Below are positions 1-8,927 of a DNA stretch of 32,000 nucleotides, in pieces. The DNA is from Sulfolobus acidocaldarius DSM 639 (GTDB lineage Archaea > Thermoproteota > Thermoprotei_A > Sulfolobales > Sulfolobaceae). Both the position numbers and the translations under genes were made by a program. The notes under the pieces are model-generated. The model worked only from the letters and a program-made list of their open reading frames with translations. It was not told the origin of the DNA and ran no database searches. Where the stretch lies: contig NC_007181.1 in the NCBI RefSeq assembly GCF_000012285.1, positions 1,890,001 through 1,922,000 of the forward strand. Reading direction: 5' to 3'. Within the stretch, counting starts at the first letter, position 1. The number at the start of each line of letters is the position of its first letter.

Positions 1-1080
1 GAACCCAAAGAGGGAAATTGAGCCCCACAGTCCCAATGGATAATAAAGGTAATAGTTCATCAACTCACTGGATACAGAGGACCCGATAACTCTTCCCAGC
101 CCAGTAACCATACTGTAGAGTCCCATTTGCTTACCTCTTGTGTCCTTATTGGCTAAAGTGTTCGCTAGAGCCTGAGAAATTGGGGTAACGATCATTTCAG
201 CAATCGTTATGAATACCACATCTAACATTGCAACATATAAATTAGTAATGAAAGCTATGGCTAGATAAGCCAAGCCGTACATTACCATCCCGAAAGAAAT
301 TAGCTTAACCTTACTTCCTATCAGTCTACCTGCTAAATCCTGAAAGGCTACAATAAGCAGTCCATTTATGGCAAACAGTATTCCCACTTCAAATTCAGTA
401 AAGTGCAGTATAGTATTGTAGTAAGTGAGTATGGAGAAACCTAACTGACCTACTATCGCAAATGTCAGGAAAGTTGGTATTAGGAACGTTAAAAATTCTT
501 TATTAAGATTAAAGTTCAAAATACTACCAGCTCCCTTAAAATCAGGTAGTATTTTAACTATAGGTATAATAATTAAGACTAGTAATGAAGAGATCAGTAA
601 TAGCGTCCTAAAGCTAAAGAATGTGAATATGTAACCACCTACTAGAGGTCCTAACGCCCATCCAGCATTTATCCCTACCCTCTGTCTGCTGTAAGCTTTA
701 ATCAGTTGGCTAGTGCCCTTATACATATCCCCTACTATGGCTGTGGACGAAACGTTGTATACTGTATTAAAGAAACTCTGAAACAAAATAAATACCATCA
801 CATAGAGAGGCATGTTTAGGACGTATGCAAGAAGTAATGCAATAGATGAAAATAGAATTGAAAGAGCCATACTCCTTTTCCTTCCCAAGTAGTCTGTTAT
901 GATTCCTCCAGATATGGAGGCTATGACATTCACAACTGCCTGAACCAGATAGAATAATGACACCACTGATAAGGGCAGTCCATACACCTTATAAAGGGCA
1001 AACCCAACATATGGCCAAATAATGGATCCACTGAATGACCTAAATCCGCCTATTAGGGCTAACTTATTTATGTTGTTCAT
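1..1080 (-). CDS. MFS-type transporter, N-terminal 360 codons (C-terminus lies outside the window)
   Basis: Absent from the ORF track because it runs off the window. Hand translation of the reverse strand from ATG 1080..1078 is open for all 360 codons down to base 1 (MNNINKLALIGGFRSFSGSIIWPYVGFALYKVYGLPL...ITDYLGRKRSMALS...NKDTRGKQMGLYSM...). It has repeated hydrophobic helices and an MFS motif-A-like loop, DYLGRKR. Confidence 0.8.
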   Translation of the reverse strand, partial: MNNINKLALIGGFRSFSGSIIWPYVGFALYKVYGLPLSVVSLFYLVQAVVNVIASISGGIITDYLGRKRSMALSILFSSIALLLAYVLNMPLYVMVFILFQSFFNTVYNVSSTAIVGDMYKGTSQLIKAYSRQRVGINAGWALGPLVGGYIFTFFSFRTLLLISSLLVLIIIPIVKILPDFKGAGSILNFNLNKEFLTFLIPTFLTFAIVGQLGFSILTYYNTILHFTEFEVGILFAINGLLIVAFQDLAGRLIGSKVKLISFGMVMYGLAYLAIAFITNLYVAMLDVVFITIAEMIVTPISQALANTLANKDTRGKQMGLYSMVTGLGRVIGSSVSSELMNYYLYYPLGLWGSISLFGF

Positions 1081-1244
1081 TTTATATAATGAAACTGCCA
1101 AGATGTAATAAAGTTGTGTTATTTACTAATTGAGATTCGATTTGATAAAGTATTGAATTCTCATGTTTAACTGTGCTAATTATTAATGAATTTAGTACCA
1201 AAGTTGTGTAAAATTCTGCGTCATGAAAATATAATCATTTATTT

Positions 1245-2489
1245 TTACTGCTTAGGAAGAAATTGTTCCGAAAATTTTTGATATGATTTGTCATCGTAGT
1301 AACCTATGATTACCTTTCTCCTTAATGATGGAATATTTATGTATCTGCTAGCATCGTCATGCTTCTCTAAATCAATAAAAACATTATTGCCGAGGCTTAA
1401 GACAATATTATCTGTTGGCATACTGACGTCGGCTGAATAAACAAGTACTTTACCCTTCACATCCTTTATAAAATTGTAGAGCTCCCTCTCTCTATCTCTA
1501 TCATTCATGGCCATGGAGAAAAAATTAGCTTGATCATATTCGAGTACTTTTTTCCTGTATTTTACCCTTTTATAAAGGGTTTCATATAATCTACTGTATG
1601 TTTCGCTTCTATCTCTTATTTCATGAAGTTTACTAATAATGAAGTTGTCTGTGAAACCTAGAAATTGATCGCATTCCTTTATATTATCAACAGTTATAAT
1701 CTGGTCCATCATCATTTTTGCGATAGTGTATGCCATAACTGAGTTGAATATACCAACAACAGGATGGTTATAAATAGCGGAGTACATGTGATATCTTGCC
1801 ATTAAATATTCCTCTAAATCGTCTCTTCCTTTTATGTTAAACACATATTTACCGTCAGAACCCCTTATTTCAACTGTCTCTAATATTCTATCTAAAGGAA
1901 TTTGTCCATATTTAACACCAAAATAATATGAATCTCGTTGCAGGTAGTCCAACCTATCTGCATCTAAGCTCGAGTTAAGTATAGCTTTAATAGTTTTTGT
2001 GTCTTCCGAATTCTCGACGTAGACTCTTTTCATCCATCTACTCAAATCATCATTATTCATACATTTCTGAATTACATGAATTCCCACCAATTCATGCAGT
2101 TTAGCAACTTTCACCTCTTTAAAGAATTCATTTCTAAACGTAGAATAAATCCCGTTATCCATATATTCAATATATTTAAGTGCAAATTCAAAAGTGTGAG
2201 AAAAAGGAAGGTGTCCAATATCGTGTACTAGAGCTAGTCTCCTTATATTTTCTCGTGTTACAGTCTCTTCATTAACATCCTTTATTCTGTTAAACATCAA
2301 GTCTGCTACATGATAAACGCCAAGACTATGCTCGAATCTTGAATGTGTTGCTGATGGAAAAACTAAGTATGCCATACCGTTTTGTCTTATATACCTTAAC
2401 CTTTGAAAAAAGGGAGAATCAACTATTCTTAAGTCTTCATCATTTACCCGAATGTAACCATAAATAGGATCCCTAATCAGTTTAACCAT
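1245..2489 (-). CDS. HD-domain dNTP triphosphohydrolase-like protein (SAMHD1/EF1143-type)
   Basis: 414-aa ORF. The blocks RFEHSLGV, LVHDIGHLPFSH and DADRLDYLQRDSYY match the H...HD...D metal-site signature of SAMHD1-type HD phosphohydrolases. Confidence 0.85.
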   Translation of the reverse strand: MVKLIRDPIYGYIRVNDEDLRIVDSPFFQRLRYIRQNGMAYLVFPSATHSRFEHSLGVYHVADLMFNRIKDVNEETVTRENIRRLALVHDIGHLPFSHTFEFALKYIEYMDNGIYSTFRNEFFKEVKVAKLHELVGIHVIQKCMNNDDLSRWMKRVYVENSEDTKTIKAILNSSLDADRLDYLQRDSYYFGVKYGQIPLDRILETVEIRGSDGKYVFNIKGRDDLEEYLMARYHMYSAIYNHPVVGIFNSVMAYTIAKMMMDQIITVDNIKECDQFLGFTDNFIISKLHEIRDRSETYSRLYETLYKRVKYRKKVLEYDQANFFSMAMNDRDRERELYNFIKDVKGKVLVYSADVSMPTDNIVLSLGNNVFIDLEKHDDASRYINIPSLRRKVIIGYYDDKSYQKFSEQFLPKQ

Positions 2490-2826
2490 TATCTATCCCT
2501 AACTTTCGCAATAGCTCCTTCTCTTTATCGTCAAACTCAACCTTATTTCCAGTAAGATAATTCCACATCTTTGTAGAAGTGCTCTTCACTATCCCAGGGT
2601 CTACATCTAAATCAATTCCCTTGCAGTCGTAGGAATCCTCTACATACTCCACATATTTCACATAACCATTATTTAATTCAAATCCCGACAGGTCACTTTC
2701 TCTCTTACTAATAGCAACTAAGAAAGCTAATGAATGTGCGACATCTCTTGGATATCTCTTCATAAAGCAATAAATTAGACGAGAAATCCTGAAGTTTTCA
2801 AATGTAATCATAGTTTGTATATTCAT
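2482..2826 (-). CDS. small hypothetical protein translationally coupled to the HD protein
   Basis: 114-aa ORF whose stop (2482-2484) lies 8 nt inside the HD gene (ATG at 2489). I recognise no motif. The internal ATG at 2811 (MITFENF...) fits the upstream TATA-like TTTTAAATAATAA better than 2826, so the start is uncertain. Confidence 0.55.
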   Translation of the reverse strand: MNIQTMITFENFRISRLIYCFMKRYPRDVAHSLAFLVAISKRESDLSGFELNNGYVKYVEYVEDSYDCKGIDLDVDPGIVKSTSTKMWNYLTGNKVEFDDKEKELLRKLGIDNG

Positions 2827-3102
2827 CCGTATTATTATTTAAAATAGACCTTTTAATTTGTTAATGAAGAGCAAACCGAAAGTATTAGATCGGAAAAAGT
2901 ATATTAAATATTTTGACGTCTTACTTTTAATTAGATTCTTCCCTATCATGAGGGTATTACCTCATCTCTGGAGAGCTGAAGGATAATATAACAATTCACT
3001 CCTCGACCTATAACTACTATTAAGTTAGCTATTAATAGATATATAGTTATTATTTATAAATATATACATATTCTTATAAATATAAATATTTATATTCGGA
3101 TT

Positions 3103-4461
3103 ATGGAAAATAAAGGAAACTATACCGCAAGATTGGAGAGACTACCCTGGACGTCCCTCCATACGAAACTACTAATCTTACTTGCAATAGGTGAGTTTTT
3201 TGACCTATTTGATTTGTTCATAGGAGGTTTCGTTGTTCCCTCCGTTGCAGCTTACTACAAGGTGGGTAGGGCAGATGCTGTCTTCTACACTGTGGCACTG
3301 CTATTTTTGGGAGCCTTTGTAGGTTGTCTACTATTTACACTTATAGGAGATGCTTATGGAAGGAGAACTGCAATAGTGCTTAACATGTTTCTACTTTCTA
3401 TAGGTGAGCTCCTAATACCCTTGGCATCTAATATAGGATTATACGGTCTGTTCAGGTTTATATCAGGTTTAGGAGTTGGACCAGAGGCAGTGCTAGTGTT
3501 AGACATCATGAGCACAGAGTTTTTCCCTGCTAGAATAAGAGGGAGAAGATTAGCTCTAGGGTACACACTTGCCTGGACATCTCCAATTGTCATAGCTGTT
3601 CTGTCAATATTCATTATACCTAGAACCTTTATCATACCTGGATGGCAATGGCTTTACATAATAAGTGGGTTAGGTATACTGAGCATAATACCCTTAAGGT
3701 TCCTGATACCTGAATCCCCAAGATGGTTAGAAGTTAAAGGGAAATTTGAAGAGGCTGAGAAGATAGTGAGTAAATTTGAGGAGAGAGCGTTGAAGGAGTA
3801 TGGCTCTCTACCACCTTTATCAGAAATAAAAGTTGTAAAAGCGGAGAAGATACCCATCTCAACTATATTTAGTAAGGAATACAGGAAAAGGACTACAATG
3901 CTTTGGATATTCGAATTCTTTCAAACTGCAGCTTATTATGGTTTCACTAGTTTAGCTGTAACAGTCCTGCTGACTAAGGGATTTACTATAGTCTCCACTC
4001 TACAGTACTCACTGATAATCTATACCGGGTATTTTACAGGGTCACTAATCTCTGTGTTCATAATTGACAGTAAGAAGTTTGATAGGAAATGGCAAATAGT
4101 CACAATGATCATACTGATAGGTATTGACGGGTTAATATTCGGGTATTCTCTAAATGTGCCTATATTACTGACCTCAGGTTTTATATTGGCAAATATGGCG
4201 AATATATTTTCAAATGCGTTCCACCAATATGGAGCTGAACTGTACCCAACTAGAATTAGGGGATTCGCTACTGGTGCCCAGTACAGCCTTAGTAGGCTTG
4301 GTAACTTTATATGGCAGACATATTTACCTAAGATTCTAGTGGCTTATGGTCCATTCGCCATGTTCTTGGCTATCTTCATTATAGCAATAGTTGTTGCGTT
4401 AGATGTGGGTATATTGGGTCCAAAAGCATCACAAATAAAGGTAGAGGAATTATCTCCTTAA
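3103..4461 (+). CDS. MFS transporter (sugar-porter/metabolite:H+ symporter-like)
   Basis: 452-aa ORF with about 12 hydrophobic helices. It has a GDAYGRR motif-A loop, a PESPRWL motif after TM6 and ELYPTRIRG in the second half, all typical of the sugar-porter branch of MFS. TATA-like TTATAAAT ends about 21 nt before the ATG. Confidence 0.85.
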   Translation: MENKGNYTARLERLPWTSLHTKLLILLAIGEFFDLFDLFIGGFVVPSVAAYYKVGRADAVFYTVALLFLGAFVGCLLFTLIGDAYGRRTAIVLNMFLLSIGELLIPLASNIGLYGLFRFISGLGVGPEAVLVLDIMSTEFFPARIRGRRLALGYTLAWTSPIVIAVLSIFIIPRTFIIPGWQWLYIISGLGILSIIPLRFLIPESPRWLEVKGKFEEAEKIVSKFEERALKEYGSLPPLSEIKVVKAEKIPISTIFSKEYRKRTTMLWIFEFFQTAAYYGFTSLAVTVLLTKGFTIVSTLQYSLIIYTGYFTGSLISVFIIDSKKFDRKWQIVTMIILIGIDGLIFGYSLNVPILLTSGFILANMANIFSNAFHQYGAELYPTRIRGFATGAQYSLSRLGNFIWQTYLPKILVAYGPFAMFLAIFIIAIVVALDVGILGPKASQIKVEELSP

Positions 4462-4626
4462 TAAGTTACCATAAGCTTGTGGCTATATGAAAGAGAGATA
4501 AAGTGAATACCCTTTTTCGTCCTCTGGTTCAACCTTCGAAACTCCAAAAACCAAACAAGTAGATGACACTTATAGTGTAATCAAGAATTGATGTGATGTT
4601 AAAAAATAAATTTGCCTTTCAAATAT

Positions 4627-4794
4627 CTACTTCTTTTTCTCCTTCTTAACTTCGTCCTTAGCTTTCTTAGCCTCTTTCTTAGCCATATCTACTCCTTCTT
4701 TTGCCATATCTTTAGCTTTCTCTCCGGCTTTCTTTGCACCTTCAGCTGCGGACTTTGCCGCATCCTCTATTTTATCCTTCATTTTCTTTGCCAT
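4627..4794 (-). CDS. 55-aa lysine/alanine/glutamate-rich small basic protein (below ORF-track cutoff)
   Basis: Hand-translated: MAKKMKDKIEDAAKSAAEGAKKAGEKAKDMAKEGVDMAKKEAKKAKDEVKKEKKK*. ATG start with TATA-like AATATATAC ending about 25 nt upstream (leaderless geometry). TTTATTTTTT lies on the same strand about 15-25 nt after the stop. The listed + strand ORF 4612..4806 is its mirror image. Confidence 0.55.
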   Translation of the reverse strand: MAKKMKDKIEDAAKSAAEGAKKAGEKAKDMAKEGVDMAKKEAKKAKDEVKKEKKK

Positions 4795-4942
4795 ATCATT
4801 ATATAATTAGAATTACCTAGTATATATTGATTTTCACTCGTTGTAGAGAAATAATGGAGTAGAATAAAGTAGACTATATTCCCGGAGAATTTCTAAAAGT
4901 ACAAAAAGTATGAGCAAAGGGGAAAAATGATATAACGTATTT

Positions 4943-6865
4943 TTACGCTAAATTACTAATGTCACGTGATGTTGTAGAGCCTATCATATAATAAGTATTG
5001 GGATTCTTAATTCCAACTTTTTCGTTTAATAAAGATTTTGACTGTATTTTCTGAATATACGCGGGATTGCTAATTGTTACGTTACCTACTATCTTTACGT
5101 ATACGTTTATTGTAAGTTGACCATAGAAGCTTTGGTTAGGAAACCCAATTGTGATATTACAGTAGGTAGGTGAAGTGTTTAAATATCTTCCTATTAGGTT
5201 AGGTGATATACTCAATATTTCGAAGATGGAAGGACTCAAACTTATATTGTAAACTTCCACGATACTATTCTGGTAATATGAGTATTTGTAAGCCTGCAAA
5301 TTTATAGTAAAATTACCACCACTAATTCCGTATACATAACTAATGAAATGATATGGAGTACCGTATACATAAGCCAAGGACTGATTATTTACTTCATAAT
5401 TAATTGCAAAAATGCTAAAGTTGTAGATTTTTGAGGGAATGGGAGCAGAGAATAGTGTCTGATTGTTTTCACTTACATAGATTATGTAAAGGGGTTTTGC
5501 TCCAAGTGGTATCTGAAAAGCAACTTGTCCCTGAATAATTTGTCCGTTAACTATAGTGTTTATATAAGGTATATGGTTAGTGACTGCGTATAAATAAATA
5601 AACGGGGATGTAGGACCATACAGATTACTGTATATTCCCTTATTAGTAACTAAGTGTATATTACCTGGATTGAATGCCACACTTGCACTACCGTTATACA
5701 TGATTGATAGATTTGCAACCAAATATGTGGAGACTTCCAGCTGTCCTGGTCCACCTTGAGAATATTGTAATAAAGCCTCGGCTCTGTCATTTATTGCTTG
5801 AGTTACAACAGCTTGAAATGATGGTTTATAAGTAACATTCATAAATACGTTAACGTTTCCATTGTATGACTCATTCGGTAACTTGACTAATATTATAACA
5901 TTCTGACTTCTTGGGAAAGATGAACCTGTTACAACTGAATATTGCCCCGGCGTCAGAGTGGAATTTACTATGTCCGGAGAAATTTTTATTATACTAAAAG
6001 CAGAAGGGTAAACTCCTATTTTAGTTACAGTTAATGGCATTAAGCCTTCACTGTTTTGAACATTAAGTGACAAAGTTATCGTATCGTTTATCGTGTATAT
6101 AGTCGAAGCACTATTTAGACTTAAACTTACCTCCGAGTCATTGGTAAATGTATTGACCTTAATGACTTTTAGATAATCGGTAGTTACATTCACTAAACTA
6201 ACCTGACCTATGATCTTACCATTATCAACTACTCTCAATGTAGAAGGAGTTGTATTCAGGGGAATAAGAAAGATCAGGTCTCTATTTGCCGTAACCTGAT
6301 AACCTAAAGTGATATTTTCTGTTGCAGTCAGAAATAAAGGAGCTAATTGATAGTTGGTATTCAGTAAAGAGTTAAATGAGTAATAGTAAGATACACTTGA
6401 GGAGTGTTGCAAGATAAAGTAACTATAAACGCTTCCGTTATTAGTAACTAATTCAAATGATGATGGATATAACGTAAAATTCTGAGCTTCATTATTGGTT
6501 ACTGATGCCTTTATTATTACGAAATAACCGTTTTGTAAGGAGTTTAGTTCGCTCTGAGAATATACACCGCTCTGCGTAAGCGAATTCGCCAACTGCACTG
6601 CGTCCTGTCGATCTATTATCATATATCTAGGGCTTATTGTTATCTCAGATTGGGTATTATTTTTGTATCCTGAAGTTCCCGTTGATTGAGTCGTAGAGGA
6701 TGATGTTGTTAGCTCATTAGTCGAGTTAGTAACTGAAGAACTCTTGGATGTCATAGTTTTAGTATTTGTTGGTGAGACATTCAAGTATCCATTAAGATAC
6801 AAGAAAGATACAACAACTGCTATTACAACTACTAGAACGATTATGGCTAAAACCCGTGTTTTCAT
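4943..6865 (-). CDS. membrane-anchored extracellular protein with Ser/Thr-rich stalk, many N-x-S/T sequons and a duplicated two-domain module
   Basis: The ORF-track ORF (656 aa) begins at a TTG. The ATG at 6865 (MKTRVLAIIVLVVVIAVVV...) is preceded by TTTATAAAAG about 29 nt upstream. It has an N-terminal TM helix, then a T/S-rich segment, then long beta-rich sequence dense in NxS/T sequons. Confidence 0.75.
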   Translation of the reverse strand: MKTRVLAIIVLVVVIAVVVSFLYLNGYLNVSPTNTKTMTSKSSSVTNSTNELTTSSSTTQSTGTSGYKNNTQSEITISPRYMIIDRQDAVQLANSLTQSGVYSQSELNSLQNGYFVIIKASVTNNEAQNFTLYPSSFELVTNNGSVYSYFILQHSSSVSYYYSFNSLLNTNYQLAPLFLTATENITLGYQVTANRDLIFLIPLNTTPSTLRVVDNGKIIGQVSLVNVTTDYLKVIKVNTFTNDSEVSLSLNSASTIYTINDTITLSLNVQNSEGLMPLTVTKIGVYPSAFSIIKISPDIVNSTLTPGQYSVVTGSSFPRSQNVIILVKLPNESYNGNVNVFMNVTYKPSFQAVVTQAINDRAEALLQYSQGGPGQLEVSTYLVANLSIMYNGSASVAFNPGNIHLVTNKGIYSNLYGPTSPFIYLYAVTNHIPYINTIVNGQIIQGQVAFQIPLGAKPLYIIYVSENNQTLFSAPIPSKIYNFSIFAINYEVNNQSLAYVYGTPYHFISYVYGISGGNFTINLQAYKYSYYQNSIVEVYNISLSPSIFEILSISPNLIGRYLNTSPTYCNITIGFPNQSFYGQLTINVYVKIVGNVTISNPAYIQKIQSKSLLNEKVGIKNPNTYYMIGSTTSRDISNLA

Positions 6866-7286
6866 AAGGATCAGAATGTAATCATTAGACGGACTTTTAT
6901 AAAGATTACTCAAGTTAACTATTAGTTCTGAATATATATAAACTACTTACTTATTTTGAACAGATATTCTTTTATCTATATATAGGATTTTGTTTCCTCA
7001 ACTCTGCATAGACATGTGATGACTTGTACAATAGTTGGAGGTAAAATTATTGAGAGAACAGATGAGAAAGTTTCAAGTAGATTAACCTAGATCTGTAAAC
7101 ATCTAAATCTTACTCTTCTACATCAACACTTCCAAAGATAAGTACTTCCATCTAAATTTATGATATTTAACATGCAAAGCCCTCCTTCTATCCTCAAATG
7201 TACGTATGGACCCTTAGCCTATTTATAGCTCGTCAACAACCTATATAAGCCATAACTTTAAATAAGGATATTGTTATATTTGTTAT

Positions 7287-7949
7287 ATGACAAATATGTT
7301 TTCATTACTCTACCCGCTAATCTCCATAGTAATTGGTGTAGTTCCACTCTTCATCTTCAAAAGAAACGCCTATCTCTTAGGCATAGCTGCTGCCTCATAC
7401 TTCACTGCCATAATACTCAAGGAGATAATACAGCTCTCTTTCAGAAGTTTTTTCATCACACCTACTCTTCCGACCTACCTGAGTTACGGTATATTGACAG
7501 CAATCTTTGAACCAGGTTTTGCTTACTTATATCTAGTCTTAACAAAGGCTAAAGTAAATGGACAACTAGGTCTATCATATGGGTCTTACTTAGCCTTCTA
7601 TGAAAATGCCATATTTTTGGGACTGCTTAGCCTTCCGAACTACCTGTTGCTCAGTGTACAGTTTTCTGTACTATCATTAGCTCTTTACGGTCTAGAGAGG
7701 ATATCGTCCTTTATACTCCATTTATTTTGGGGTTTTTCTTCCGCCCTATCAGCCAGCAAAAAGAACATTAAGTATTTATCAGTCTCCATGCCTTATGGAA
7801 TGGTCGACTCAGTAGCAGCGTATTATCAGTTATCTCATAATATTTCCCTCGTGTCAACAGAGATAATCTCGCTCGTCGTTTCTATCAGCTGTTTACCAAT
7901 AATCGTACTGTGGTATAAAATGGACAAGAGAAATCAAAGATTAGACTAA
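7287..7949 (+). CDS. polytopic membrane protein, function unknown
   Basis: 220-aa ORF with about 6-7 hydrophobic helices. The ATG is preceded by CTTTAAATAAGG about 19 nt upstream. It contains conserved-looking charged residues in membrane context (FEPGF, YENAIF, ERISSFILHLFWG), which could indicate an intramembrane hydrolase, but I cannot assign a family. Confidence 0.65.
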   Translation: MTNMFSLLYPLISIVIGVVPLFIFKRNAYLLGIAAASYFTAIILKEIIQLSFRSFFITPTLPTYLSYGILTAIFEPGFAYLYLVLTKAKVNGQLGLSYGSYLAFYENAIFLGLLSLPNYLLLSVQFSVLSLALYGLERISSFILHLFWGFSSALSASKKNIKYLSVSMPYGMVDSVAAYYQLSHNISLVSTEIISLVVSISCLPIIVLWYKMDKRNQRLD

Positions 7950-8114
7950 TTAGCTGACTACCTATAATACTCGATTGTGAACTAAACTTATTTCCTCTAT
8001 ATCAAAGCGACACTGTCTAGACATAGTTGTCCAGAGGTTGACTGCCTTTATTTCCATGTAATAATGTAGCCTTACTACATAAGTTTTATTACACAGAAAG
8101 TAATAACTGATATT

Positions 8115-8345
8115 GTGGGTAACTGGGCTACTGTTTCCACTAAGGTTAGGAGGGAAGTATTGGAGAAGGCTAGACAATATGGGATTAATGTTAGTGAAGT
8201 ATTAAGGAACGCCTTGGAGGAAGAGGTAAGAAGGAGAGAAGAGGAGGAGTTGAAGAGGAAATTAACAATAGCTGCAGAGGAGTTGAAGAAGGTCAGTACA
8301 GAGGAAGTAGTTGATTGGATTAAGGAGATGAGGAGGAAGAGGTGA
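8115..8345 (+). CDS. vapB: VapB-type antitoxin (ribbon-helix-helix)
   Basis: 76-aa ORF with a GTG start. The N-terminus has a strand-helix-helix pattern (ATVSTKVRREVLEKARQYGINVSEVLRNALEE), followed by a charged tail. It overlaps the downstream PIN gene by 4 nt (GTGA). Confidence 0.75.
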   Translation: MGNWATVSTKVRREVLEKARQYGINVSEVLRNALEEEVRRREEEELKRKLTIAAEELKKVSTEEVVDWIKEMRRKR

Positions 8346-8716
8346 GGTTGAAATACTTATTCGATTCAAGTGCAATATTCGAGGCTTTGAAGTCTTTAGG
8401 TAGTAAGGCAATAGACGTGTTAAGGGAAGAGAGTACGATAAATTTGGCTTATTATGAACTGGGGAACGTTTTGTGGAAATACAGAAACGAAATTAACGTT
8501 AAAACAGTGTTAGATGCATTAACCGGTCTTCTCTCCTTAATGAATGTCATTGATGTTAAACTGGATTACCAAATACTTAAGGAAAGCGTTGACAAGGGAA
8601 TAACATATTATGACGCTGCTTACCTGGTAACTTCACTGAGGATGAACCTGACTTTAGTCAGTTTAGACCGTGACTTGATAAAATATGGAGCGATAAGGTT
8701 GAAGGAGATCTTATGA
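8342..8716 (+). CDS. vapC: VapC-type PIN-domain toxin (ribonuclease)
   Basis: 124-aa ORF with the four spaced acidic positions expected of PIN domains (YLFDSSAI, YYELGNV, YYDAAYL, SLDRDL). The size and the 4-nt coupling to the antitoxin are typical of vapBC. Confidence 0.8.
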   Translation: MRLKYLFDSSAIFEALKSLGSKAIDVLREESTINLAYYELGNVLWKYRNEINVKTVLDALTGLLSLMNVIDVKLDYQILKESVDKGITYYDAAYLVTSLRMNLTLVSLDRDLIKYGAIRLKEIL

Positions 8717-8927
8717 GCATCTGCACACCATATGATAATAAGGGTAGAAGTTAAACTATACAATACATTCAATTGTTGACAACTTATATACTTGTTCTCT
8801 CCCCCAGTTATTTTTAAATCAACTAATAAAAATAATTTAAAACCATTTAAATATCGTATTTTTTCTATATCTATACTTTAAGTTAAGATATATCTATTTA
8901 TTTATCTGAATTCCCAAGGTATTACCT

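Noticed and set aside
2940-2985. Small hairpin ATGAGG-gtatta-CCTCAT followed by CTGA in the 2827-3102 spacer
   Set aside because: It has only a 6-bp stem and no C box, and it is too short for a C/D sRNA. It is probably incidental within divergent promoter DNA.
3354-3857. Antisense ORFs (93 aa and 67 aa) inside the 3103-4461 MFS gene
   Set aside because: They are fully embedded antisense to a long, motif-bearing transporter ORF and have no independent signals.
4612-4806. 64-aa + strand ORF (MPFKYLLLFLLLNFVLSF...)
   Set aside because: It starts at a TTG and is a Leu/Phe/Ser/Cys low-complexity product. It is the exact antisense of a better-supported minus-strand ORF that has an ATG, a TATA box at leaderless distance and an oligo-T terminator.
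7015-7100. Possible C/D-box sRNA: GTGATGA (C-box-like) at 7015-7021 in the 373-bp spacer
   Set aside because: No CTGA D box or internal C'/D' pair lies within the next ~85 nt on that strand, so the box architecture is incomplete.
7271-7510. 79-aa + strand ORF overlapping the start of the 220-aa membrane protein gene
   Set aside because: It is an alternative frame of the same region. The 7287 frame continues for 220 codons with coherent TM helices and the correct TATA spacing.
8013-8022. 10-bp palindrome TGTCTAGACA about 95 nt upstream of vapB
   Set aside because: It is short and distant from the promoter. The interrupted inverted repeat at 8058-8092 is a better operator candidate.
7962-8177. 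71-aa minus-strand ORF overlapping the vapB start
   Set aside because: It spans the vapB promoter and 5' end in antisense, and it has no promoter or SD signal and no recognisable motif.
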